A DNA stretch of 64,000 nt from Alloascoidea hylecoeti (Eukaryota). The stretch covers positions 186,001 to 250,000 of the forward strand of contig BCKZ01000002.1 of the NCBI GenBank assembly GCA_001600815.1, read 5' to 3'. Made by a program: the position numbers and the translations under genes. The notes under the pieces were generated by a model. It did not search any database and was not told the DNA's origin. It was given only the letters and a program-made list of their open reading frames with translations. Positions 1-10,430 of the stretch are shown here, in pieces. The number at the start of each line of letters is the position of its first letter. Position 1 is the first letter of the stretch.

Positions 1-1099
1 AAGCCGGTGCTTTTGAAAGGTGTATACGTAAATAATATCCTATAAAGTTTTCATAAGCGTGTATTGTGCAATGAGCCATAATATGAAGCTGTTAAATTTA
101 ATAATTGAACAGCTGCAGTGATTTTGTTATCAACTTATCATATATATATATATATCAATTATAATTTATAACTTTGAAAAATAAATATTAATCATAGTAT
201 TATATAATTTATATTATTAAGGCAATTGTAAATTTGTAATGAGTGCGGAATCTGCGGATTATTTACTATGCATATGCATCCATACATATGATCATGATCA
301 CGCCGCTTTAATAACCTTAACCCTTATATGATCATGAGTACTCTAGATGACTCAAGTATCAGGTATAGTGTATTTAAGAGTCAAGCTTATAATTATAATA
401 CAGTGATAATTAAGGATTATTCCGGTTCTTTGGCCATGATTTGTGAAACCTCGATTATGATCACATGTACAAGATGATGTGCAGCTGAGAAGTCCCCGGA
501 TTAATTTAATGGGTCAGGTACAAAATCTACAGAATGTAAAAATGAATAATAATACTAATAACCTTTAATTGAAAAACATCATTAAATATTTAAAAGGATA
601 TATCATACATGTAATTAATTATCTATAAGAAAAAAACTTTGAATGCCTCCCCAAAAGGAGTATACGTAAGTTATACCTCACATGCATACTAGTACTACTC
701 CTTCAAATTAGTTTCCTGTATCACCTAAACGTATTGCAATTGATTGCAATTGATTACAATTTTTTCACTTGATTTCATAGCACGATTCTTGATGGTAGAA
801 AATCTAGAACGAATTTCCTTTCTCGATCGGGAATCATTTTTGGCGATTTAAAGAGAACTATCCTGCTGGTATAAGTACCATATAAGACCTTATAAGCCTT
901 ATATAACACACGGTCCCCTGATTCCCAATACTGTGAAAGCACTGTTTTTTCTTAAAAGTTAACATTTATACTCATATTTCTATTTGAAACACCTTGAAGA
1001 TTGTCATGTACATAATCAAACCGGTACCGAATATGTTGGTGTATTTAAATTTCCAGACAATTAATATACCAAACATTGGATATACCCCAATCGCAATAT

Positions 1100-1486
1100 A
1101 ACTAGAAAGTTCTAAGATTCCTTTTCGCTTCTGAACTACCATTCCGTTTATAAATTTAATAAATGAAAATTTTTCCCTTGGCCCAAATCATCTCCTTTTC
1201 TAACATACTCTTATATTTTATTATCATGTTTTACATAATACTATCATCAAAACAAACCTCTAATAGAGATTATTCTAATAATAGGAATGCCCTCATTTCT
1301 CATCCAAATAAAGGAACTTATAAAGCAGCCTTTTATTTGGATTCTTCTAACCAATAATTTGAACAATGAAGAAGAAGCGCGACTAAGAATCATTCAAAAC
1401 TTTAGTCTAACCACACTAAATCAAGACATTTGGAGTTCCTCATTCCAAAAGAGTTGGATTTGTTTAATTTTAAAGATTTTTCATAG
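1100..1486 (+). repeat. Dispersed ~0.4-0.5 kb repeat, copy 1 (decayed coding-like relic)
   Basis: Shares blocks with 3565-4083 (+) and 49345-49880 (-), e.g. CTTCTGAACT.CCATTCC, TTTTATTTGGATTCTTC.AA.CAA, TCCTCA.TCCAAAAGA; contains stops. Confidence 0.8.
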
Positions 1487-1675
1487 TTTTAATTTATCTT
1501 TAATATATTTTTTCATTCAAATTCAAATTCATATAAATCAGTTAATAAATTTAAAGCAGCTCTAAAAGTGTACCGGTATACTATTAGTCAAAGGTCTGGG
1601 ATTACAATTATAATTCTTTCGGCTTTCTGAATCAGATATTTACAATTGGAAAGATTTATAGATTATTACCAGCTG

Positions 1676-1850
1676 TGGCTGTATACGTAGTTGAATTGGT
1701 GGAATTAACAAGTTATAAGATCGTTAACACTCAATCCCCATCTAGAAATGTTTATCATTCTATAATCATTAATATTATTCACAATGATTGAGTGTTAACG
1801 ACCTTTATAACAGCAACACATTGCTATTTTTAATCTATACGTATACTGCC
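1676..1850. repeat. Inverted repeat / foldback
   Basis: Perfect 16-bp arms TCGTTAACACTCAATC (1721-1736) and GATTGAGTGTTAACGA (1786-1801); imperfect outer arms extend to ~1676/1850. Confidence 0.75.
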
Positions 1851-2059
1851 AAAAAATATAACATGAAAATCATGGTAATACAACTTGCACTAAGCTTGAT
1901 ATTTCAAATTTGAACTCTAAAATGGTTAATGTATTATTATACATATGTATATGCCTTAATAACTTACATGTATAGCTATATAATATTTATACTATTTTGA
2001 AGTTTGTTATTCGTTTTCGCCTTTGTTTAGATGCTGATAATTATTGATTTTGTAATTGA

Positions 2060-2685
2060 ATTTTATTGTTCATTCTCATCAAATTGTGGTGTATCAATTA
2101 TTGCTAAGTAGATTAATACAGCCCATGATCTTTTTAATTCTTTTAATTATCATGCTCTTTTTGTTTCAAAAGGGAAAATTTTTAGCCTTGGATCATTTTT
2201 ATGGATTACGCTACCATTATAATCAACTAAAATACCTTGATTTCTAGAACTATTTGTTCTAATATAAATTGAATGTTAATATAATCTTTCCATTCTAATA
2301 ATAATTTTCTTATATTAGTTTCCATAGAAGCCTCATTATAATGTTTTAACTTTACGCCAGAAGTTTTTGTTCCCTGAATATGTTTATAAAGCCCACAACT
2401 TTTTGATGGTGGTAATAACTTTGAATCAAAATAAATGAATGACGATCTTGAATTTAAAAAACTAATTGGATTCGTTTCATCATTTTCATTCTAATCATCA
2501 TCCTTATTAATATTAGAATTAGATGGTACTGTTGTTGAAATTTCAAAAAATTTTCATCCAAATAATCAATCAAAAGATAATAATTGAAGAGAATTAAATA
2601 AATCTTTTGATAAATCATAGACATCTAAATCATTAAAATTGAAGCCAGATTTTGCACTTGAATTTTTTGAGTTCACGTTAGGCAT
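2060..2685 (-). pseudogene. VMS1: VMS1 (ANKZF1-like) pseudogene with stops, a frameshift and large internal deletions
   Basis: From ATG 2685: DLDVYDLSKDLFNSLQLLSFD*...PISFLNSRSSFIYFDSK...LYK...LKHYNEASMETNIRKLLLEWKDYI, then frameshift to IYIRTN...KNDPRLKIFPFETKRA**LKELKRSWAVLIYL; collinear with recalled yeast Vms1 segments. Confidence 0.8.
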
Positions 2686-3564
2686 TTCTAAGAATATTGA
2701 GTATCTGAATTATTTATAAGAAAAGTTAAGAAGATAGTGAAAGAAAAAAAATGAATTGGCTGTTTTATAGGACCTATGCATATGCATATAAATATCAAGT
2801 GGTTCTTCAAGAATTCCCAAAATGTCAAGCTGCAGAAAGCTAAAAAATGAATACTTCCTATTAAGATATTGTGCATGCAGGTTGTGTATACTAGATTTGT
2901 TGATTGAATATTGGAAAAGCTATCGTGTTAGAGGATTGATCAAGGAGGATTATATTTCTCTAATAGTAAAAAATATTTTATTTAAGTTATTATGAACTGA
3001 ATAGTTGTATAAGGATAACATGTAGCACCATATTCAAATTCAGACCACATAACTTATATCTTGGAGAACCTCATTGATAGATATAGATTATCTATAGCCT
3101 ATATTATGGATATGTAACTATAGCAGATAACTTTGATTGTGTTATACCTATCTTCCTTAAGCTTTCAGCTGTAGACATTTCTGATCATTGGCTTCTTCCT
3201 ATTTCGAAGAATATAATAAATTCTCGGACTATATACGAATTTAAGTTTCCGATTAAAACAACTGAAAACATCACCACAACGCAAACAACTACAAGTCTAA
3301 AAGCGAATCAGTCATAAGTAGTAATTATAGCATAGTATACAATCACAGTTTCAATAAAAATAAATTTTTCGCTTTCTGGGGCCGACTTGCGATTATAGTA
3401 AGCTATCTACATCGATTCTTGATCTGCAGTGTTTAAAAAAACTCTTCCTTTACCACTTTATTCGAAGCTACTAGACCTAGGCCTCATCATTTTTATTTTA
3501 TTTTCCAACTTGTCGCTAGGTTGAGGCTTGCGAAGGCAGACATTTGATATTGGTACCTTAAATA

Positions 3565-4083
3565 TAAACGAAAATTCTAGAATTATTTAATCATTTCGTT
3601 TTGGGGTTCACTTCTGAACTTCCATTCCTTTTGTATATTTAATAAATGAAGTTTTCTCGCTTGATTACATTCATCAAAACAAACCTTTATTAAAGAGATT
3701 CTGGTAATAAGGATGTCTTCTCTTATCATCCAATATGAATCAGGCTTTTATTTGGATTCTTCCAATCAAGAATTTGATAATGACAGTAATCGCAATAGTC
3801 AATTGGAATCGTCAAATTAAAACGATTATAATAACATCATAATTGAATTTCCAGCCAGTCATGAATAGGTTAGAAGTCCAATTATAGCGGTTACCAAAGA
3901 ACACCGTGAACTAGATTAAATGATATACAATGTCTTGATTTATTATTTATTCGAAAATATGTCTCTTGGAAATAAACAGGATGATGAAGAAGAAGAAGTG
4001 CTGGTCAAGAATCATTTACACAATCATTTGCAACTCCTCACTCCAAAAGAATTAGATTAGATTTCATTTTGTATTTTTCGTAG
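3565..4083 (+). repeat. Dispersed repeat, copy 2
   Basis: Diverged direct copy of 1100-1486; reads ...GFYLDSSNQEFDND...LQLLTPKELD*. Confidence 0.8.
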
Positions 4084-4391
4084 AGGAGTCTATAACAATT
4101 AGTATTATGATATAGTAAATGTTTTGTATATATATTGAGGAAACTAAGTGGATTAAGATCGAGTATGGAAAATACTATAACTATAGGGTTGACTAAACCT
4201 ATAACTTATAAGAGATTAGTGAAGTTCACAGATTATGGCACTATTCCAACTGTAGCAGAAAGGCTATGTCAGATACTTCTCATATAATATTTTTTTGCCC
4301 TGTTTTGGCTGTAACTGGTTGAATACAGGTGTTGATGTATTTCTTTCCCCCTTACTTTAAATTAATCACTATTAGTATAATCTATAACCAT

Positions 4392-4979
4392 ATGGGAAAC
4401 TGTTGCAGCTCTAGAATGATCAACGACGAAGGGTATGATCCGCCACCTTACAATCTGAAGGATATGTCTGTATACGCATCATATTCCAATAATGATTCCC
4501 CATCAACTTCGGCTTTAATTGCTCCAACTGAAGTTAATAACGCAGTTTTCAGTATCAGAGCAGAATTATTGATTAAAAAAAATCCAGAAGACTCTGAAAG
4601 ATGGTCTGAGCCTAAAATGTGTATCATAAAATTTATCAAGAATATAAATAATGGAACATGTTATCTTACAGCACTTGATATTAACAATTTAGAGGTTGTA
4701 TTAAATCATTTTATAGCACCAGAATATCAAGTTTCAACTGTTACTTCAGATTATTTTAAACTACCGGAGTCTTCAACTTTAGATAATAACTGGGGCAGAT
4801 ATCGAACTTATACGCTTACTAGAGATTCTGACTTAAAAGGATTGAACAATTTATTAGCTTTAAAGATTGGGTTGATTTTTGGATCTATATGGAACGGTGA
4901 CAAATTTAGAAAAGAATTCAAACATCAACAAAAAATAAATAAGAGAATTGAAGGTAGGAATAATTTTCTTGAATATTAG
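4392..4979 (+). CDS. Divergent RanBP1/Yrb1-like Ran-binding (PH-fold) domain protein with N-terminal acylation motif
   Basis: ATG 4392 gives MGNCCSS; domain motifs VFSIRAEL...W...KFIKN...NHFIAPEY...FGSIWNGDKFRKEFKHQQKINK resemble Yrb1 ([48 protein letters not shown]). Confidence 0.75.
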   Translation: MGNCCSSRMINDEGYDPPPYNLKDMSVYASYSNNDSPSTSALIAPTEVNNAVFSIRAELLIKKNPEDSERWSEPKMCIIKFIKNINNGTCYLTALDINNLEVVLNHFIAPEYQVSTVTSDYFKLPESSTLDNNWGRYRTYTLTRDSDLKGLNNLLALKIGLIFGSIWNGDKFRKEFKHQQKINKRIEGRNNFLEY

Positions 4980-5104
4980 TGGTCGTTACTAGATATTTAT
5001 TTCTAGATCTTGATAGATAACTGTATAGTAATGACAATTAATTAACTATAAATTTATAATAGATCGAGGCATAACGTAATTGTGGTATAACCTACTGGTA
5101 TACT

Positions 5105-5292
5105 GAATGCTCAGTCTGATCCGAAAATGTTTATCTAAAATACAACTACCGGAAGATATTATCTTTCAGGATTTGGTAGCGCTAGTATTGATACCAAAAG
5201 TTTTATTAAATCATTTTATCATACCATGGCTAGAGTATGAGTATCAAGTAACAAAAGCCTCCCCTAATTCTTTCATTTCATCCCGATTCTAA
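5105..5292 (+). pseudogene. Decayed tandem fragment of the 4392-4979 RanBD-like gene
   Basis: GTCTGATCCGAAAATGT vs GTCTGAGCCTAAAATGT; FI*NTTTGRYYLSG vs FIKNINNGTCYLTA; then in another frame VLLNHFIIP..EYQVT vs VVLNHFIAPEYQVS. Confidence 0.65.
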
Positions 5293-6033
5293 GATTCTGA
5301 TTAACTGTAAGTCATTTGATAGAACCTGTACGTGTTTATCGAACCTAAGCACTCGCCAGAAATAGGGTGATCGGTATATAATAGTTGTAATAAATACATC
5401 GATTAAGAGGAATTTGAATATTTATTACCCCGGTTAAAGGCTAAGATTTAAATATTGCAAAAACAAACACAAACAATATTTTGAAAATACAATTGAAAAC
5501 ACAACAAAATAATAATAAGTTACTTTGTAAGACTCCAATGCAAGTAAAATTTTAAAGAAGATTTTTAGAAACTGATCATGTCAGAAGAAAGAATTTTAAT
5601 ATTTTTTGGGATTGTATCATATTGAATGTGATTGACCTTACAGTTTTTCCACTCTGAAATCGCCATATTAGAGGTAACGTTTCGTTTCGTTAGTATGTGC
5701 AATAGTTGTGTACGTTCGGCATATTGGAAATTAACGTTAGTTCGTTTTAATTTCGTTGTATGGAGTGAATAGTTTGTTTCTTCAGTGAAAAAGGGTTCGA
5801 TATTTTGAGAGTATTATATTTCTTAACGGTTTCTATCTAAGTATATCGTAAGATCTGGAAGTCTGTTTTATATATAAGGCAGAAAGCTCATAAACTATCA
5901 ATATATTTGGAATTAATAATTCTACTATATAAAATTGTGTAGCATATTCCGATTTGGAGCTTAGGATCTATTTACAATGATCAAAGAAAAAGAGCAAGTT
6001 AATCATAGAGCTACCGGTATAATATAATAATGT

Positions 6034-7302
6034 TTATCTCCTAACGCGATGGAACACCCGTCCCTCTGGCAATCCATACTTCTGTCTGACTTCTTCTGTA
6101 GATCTATCCCAGTCATTTCTCCATACATGGGCACCGACTGCCGAAAGATGATGAAATTTCTGATATCCCCTAATGTTAAAGAACTCTCTATTTTCAATCT
6201 TCTTAAAATCAATTTTCTTTTGCTGTTGAAATACCCAAACGGCCAAACGATTCGTAGGGGCGTTCTTTTCTGGGGTAGGGGCCAAATATTGTATCATTTC
6301 TGTTGAATCTGCAAGCTTATTGTAATCAACTAATGTATCCGTGAATGTCAGTGGAATATTACCAGCAGCATAATGCAATGTTGTCGAAAACGTGTTTTGC
6401 TCGATATTTGGTGTATCAGGATTAACAATAATGATAGTATATAAATTCTGGCCTTGATCCTTATCGCCCCATTTGCAGTCATTTAAATGATAGTTGTTAT
6501 TAAACTGTTGGATTTTAAAAATTGGTGGTCTGGCACTAACAGAAGTACTTAAAATCTCGCCAGGCTCAATCCATTTATTAATAAAACCAGGGAATTGTAA
6601 GCTTACTTCTACTTTGGGATTCAATGTTGGTAATGTGTCAGGTATAACATGAAGTTGTTCAAGTCGTTGCATTATAAGCATCTGGCCATACTCTTCCCAA
6701 TCCTTTTTGGCATAATATCTGTAAACTGGCAGTGAAAAATCAAAATTCTTTGATTTATAATTGTAAATAACCTCCGGGTTATTGATCTCAGCTTTGACCA
6801 TGTTATTCACGTGTCTCTCTTTTAATCTCAAAAATCTCTTAGTTAATTTAGCATCTTGTTTAATCTGATCAATTGGATGAGTTGCAAGAAAAGTTTCGAT
6901 TTCTTTTGCAACTTCTTGTGCAATTTTATAGTATTCTTGACTATCTTCTTTAAGGATATCATAAGACTTCTCGAAGATTTCATTCAATCCGAGAGGAGTA
7001 CTATATTTCATTCTGTTTGTTCTTAGACGCAAAGAATAGGGACCAGTCTTAGGGATTCCCTCTAAAATCGACCTTCTCATAGCCTTGTTTCTAATTGTTA
7101 ACTTCTCGGAGCGACTGGAATCATCATCTCTCCACTGTAGTACATTTACAGTTGGAACTTTTGTCTCATCATGGGCTTGTGTGGCGGAAGATACTTGAGC
7201 CTCACTGAAAGTTTTGGCAGAAGCTGAAATCCTTCGGGTTAATATTTTCGAAGGATTACCAATGGAATGAAACCCTAGTTTGGTTCCCAAATTCATAGAC
7301 AT
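6034..7302 (-). CDS. MRPL35: Mitochondrial large-subunit ribosomal protein mL38 (PEBP domain)
   Basis: AEINNPEV, LIMQRLEQLHVIPDTLP, IIVNPDTP, PTPEKN, VGAHVWR..WD motifs; basic presequence; first ATG at 7302. Confidence 0.9.
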   Translation of the reverse strand: MSMNLGTKLGFHSIGNPSKILTRRISASAKTFSEAQVSSATQAHDETKVPTVNVLQWRDDDSSRSEKLTIRNKAMRRSILEGIPKTGPYSLRLRTNRMKYSTPLGLNEIFEKSYDILKEDSQEYYKIAQEVAKEIETFLATHPIDQIKQDAKLTKRFLRLKERHVNNMVKAEINNPEVIYNYKSKNFDFSLPVYRYYAKKDWEEYGQMLIMQRLEQLHVIPDTLPTLNPKVEVSLQFPGFINKWIEPGEILSTSVSARPPIFKIQQFNNNYHLNDCKWGDKDQGQNLYTIIIVNPDTPNIEQNTFSTTLHYAAGNIPLTFTDTLVDYNKLADSTEMIQYLAPTPEKNAPTNRLAVWVFQQQKKIDFKKIENREFFNIRGYQKFHHLSAVGAHVWRNDWDRSTEEVRQKYGLPEGRVFHRVRR

Positions 7303-7826
7303 GTTGGTTGGAATTCTGATCTTTGAATCTGAAAATTTGGAGGATTGGTTGTTCCCATATTTACGCAGGTATGTACTGGAGTATACTGAGGGGATATTCC
7401 GATGGCCAGAATGATCCAACCTGTTTTTCCAATATATTCACTAACTATTTTAGTTCTTTTTGTAAGACTAATAACTATTAGCTGGTACCTTTTAATTCTA
7501 TTTCAAGTTTGGTAGATTGGGTATTCTCTCAATATTAACCTCCTTCTCATTATGTAATTATTACATAATACATATATGAAAAATGTTTAGTAATAGAAAC
7601 GAAGCTCAAGAAAGTACCGGTAAGCATATAAATAAAATCTATTATCTGATATAGAAAAAAAGGGTATCAGAAAAGAGATACTAAGTTATTTTTATCTGAT
7701 ATTTATAGACAAATATCAAAACAAGAAATAAAATCATTGAAGTGCTCTAAGTTTGTTTCAACACATATTTAGGTAAAGCCGGGTTTAACCTCAACCAAGT
7801 CTTATATTTTCTTTATTCCTATAAAA

Positions 7827-9131
7827 ATGATTATCTCCAATAAAAATAATATCCTTAAAATAACTGGGTCATTCTTGGCTGTTAAGTTTATTATATTTTT
7901 CATTGTATTGCTTACACCTGGACAGTATGATACATCGTCATCGCTCCTATTTGAAAAACGACCTACTTTTAGCACCGTTAATACAAGCTTGTGTATAGAA
8001 ATGATAAAGCGACTGATTCAAAGATTAACTAATTGGGATATGGTATATTTTGTTAATATTGCTAGACGAGGGCACGAATATGAACATGAATGGGCCTTTG
8101 GATTTGTGTACCCTGGTATTATTAGGTATTTTGGTTCGCAATTAACTAAAAGATTTCAGTTCTTCCACATTTTAAACAGTTTTGGAGAGAATTATGTCTA
8201 TTCAGCTACTACAATTATTATTGGTAATATCTCTCATTATTTTGCAACAATTGTGTTGTATTACCTAACTAGAGAGACCTTTAATAACAAAAAGATACGG
8301 TCTCCATCGGGTTTACCTTTTATTACTGCGCTATTATACACTATAAGCCCTGCTGGTGTGTTTTTAGCTACAGGATACACAGAATCATTGTTTGCGTTGC
8401 TGTCGTTTACTGGATTATACCTGCGACTTGTCTCATTGGATAAACTATCATCAAGATTTAGACCTGTTTCTAATCCCACTCTCTATGTAATTTCAGGAAT
8501 GATATTCGCATCTGCCAATTTAATAAGATCCAATGGAATTTTATGGGGTATTTTATTTCTATATGACTGCTTCATTGCACTAGTTAACTTCCGATTTAAA
8601 GAGGTCGCGTACTCAATTATAGCAGGTATCATGATATTCTTATCATTAATTTATTCGCAATATGTTCCATTTACCGATTTTTGTCCTGAAAGAGGTGAAT
8701 GGTGTCTTAATTCTATCCCTTCAATATATAATTATATTCAATCGAAATACTGGAATATTGGATTTTTAAATTATTGGACTCCAAATAACGTACCTAATTT
8801 CTTATTTGCATTACCCACGATATATTTAATCATCAACTCATCGATTCATTATTACCACACATACCCATTTGCAACTACTTTTCCTATCATTTATGCTCAG
8901 ATTGTATTACTTATTTTATCACTTTGCTTATTTCATATCCAAATTTTAACGCGAATCGGATCTCAATTGCCAGTAATCTATTGGTACGTGGCCGATTTGG
9001 TTATTAAATCGCAACAGACAGAAGGGAAGAGTCCAAGAGGTTCGTCATTTGGTAAGATTGTTGTATGGTATTTCATTACTTGGTCTTTTATTCAGGCAGC
9101 ATTATATAGCGCTTTTCTACCACCGGCTTAA
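7827..9131 (+). CDS. GPI18: GPI mannosyltransferase 2 (PIG-V)
   Basis: WDMVYF, EHEWAF, SPAGVFL..YTESLFA, RSNG, YWNIGFLNYW..NNVPNFL, C-terminal FLPPA. Confidence 0.95.
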   Translation: MIISNKNNILKITGSFLAVKFIIFFIVLLTPGQYDTSSSLLFEKRPTFSTVNTSLCIEMIKRLIQRLTNWDMVYFVNIARRGHEYEHEWAFGFVYPGIIRYFGSQLTKRFQFFHILNSFGENYVYSATTIIIGNISHYFATIVLYYLTRETFNNKKIRSPSGLPFITALLYTISPAGVFLATGYTESLFALLSFTGLYLRLVSLDKLSSRFRPVSNPTLYVISGMIFASANLIRSNGILWGILFLYDCFIALVNFRFKEVAYSIIAGIMIFLSLIYSQYVPFTDFCPERGEWCLNSIPSIYNYIQSKYWNIGFLNYWTPNNVPNFLFALPTIYLIINSSIHYYHTYPFATTFPIIYAQIVLLILSLCLFHIQILTRIGSQLPVIYWYVADLVIKSQQTEGKSPRGSSFGKIVVWYFITWSFIQAALYSAFLPPA

Positions 9132-10430
9132 CGATTTCGCCTTTTGTTTTGTGATGAATATTACAACACTAATTTAAATTAGAAGGCCTTGTGCGCAAAG
9201 AATATAATTTGTAATTGAGATCGCTAATATAATTATACAATAGAGTCATAATCATTGAATGAATCAAAAAAAGTATATAGAGTATCAAAAGATACATACA
9301 TGTATGTATAGCTGGTAATTAATTGCTCTTGATATAGTTATATGTATTTATGATTTGTATAACTTATATAGCGCTAGCTATTTAGCTATAGGATATGAAG
9401 CTAATAATAGTAATATAATAATATACATACAAATTTGAATTATTGGATTATTGATAGCTACCGGTATAACTTAACTTAGGTTGATCATGATTCTCGATCG
9501 CCAGTATATTTAATCATATATTTAATCATATAAGTAAATACAATTACAAACTGATCATGAAGTTATATTAGTATTTTAATTATAAGACTTCATTGAAAGA
9601 TTACTAGATTAGTCTCTAAATTAAGGAAACGTTAACCGCAGAGTATTAATTATGATTATAATCATTAACCAACAGTTTTATTCCTCTAAACGTTAATTAA
9701 AGTAGGTAAGGAAATTTGAAGCTTAAGGTTATCACTATGGACCTCATAATAAATGTTTAGTATACAATTGTTATCTCTTTCTTGTTTGCTTAAAAGAAGG
9801 CCGAAAAGATCCATATTTCTGTATTAACCAATATGGTGATGGCTAATTAGCTGATATAATTATAGATAATTATAAAACATATGCTATCTCACTCACTCAA
9901 ATATAAAAGTTCTAAAATTTTACAGGCTATATATATTATTTTGTGGGGCGCGGCTACATCTGCAACATAATATGCCGCACACATTTTAACCAATACTTTA
10001 AACATTGACATGGCACGAACTTTGGAGAACAAATAATCATTTTATGAAGAGATCAAGAGAGTACGAAATTGTATACTTTTCAATTCCATCCCGTCGTTCG
10101 TACGGGTGGATATCGTGGAGGAGAGAAAAAGACTGCAGGATCGTACATTTGCAGAACGCCAAGCCATCTTAGCTCTGCAATCGAGAGGCTTAGCATGGCT
10201 TACGTAATACTTATAGTGCAACTTAGTTTTTTCTTGGGCTTATGACTTTTTTATTTTTGCCCTCCGTTCTTTTATCGAAACTCTCCAAAGTAGAGAATAC
10301 CCCTTTTCAGCCTACATCTACGAATACTCCTACAGTAACATCTCCCACCGTAATCTTACGATTGAGCACACCACTAAAATACACTTGAAATTGATGATGT
10401 TAATAAGTTACAAATAGTTCAGATATCCTA

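Noticed and set aside
485..520. GAGAAGTCCCCGG resembling the RNase MRP CR-I motif
   Set aside because: No complementary P4/CR-V segment or enclosing P1 stem seen at a plausible distance
1163..1565. ORFs 1163-1357 and 1287-1565 as real genes
   Set aside because: They lie within the decayed repeat; homologous copies do not preserve these frames
7303..7419. N-terminal extensions in the ORF track (MRPL35; likewise HSP78, CWC22, LCB2, 4329 ORF)
   Set aside because: They begin at TTG/GTG codons or precede the motif-supported Met; eukaryotic ATG starts used instead
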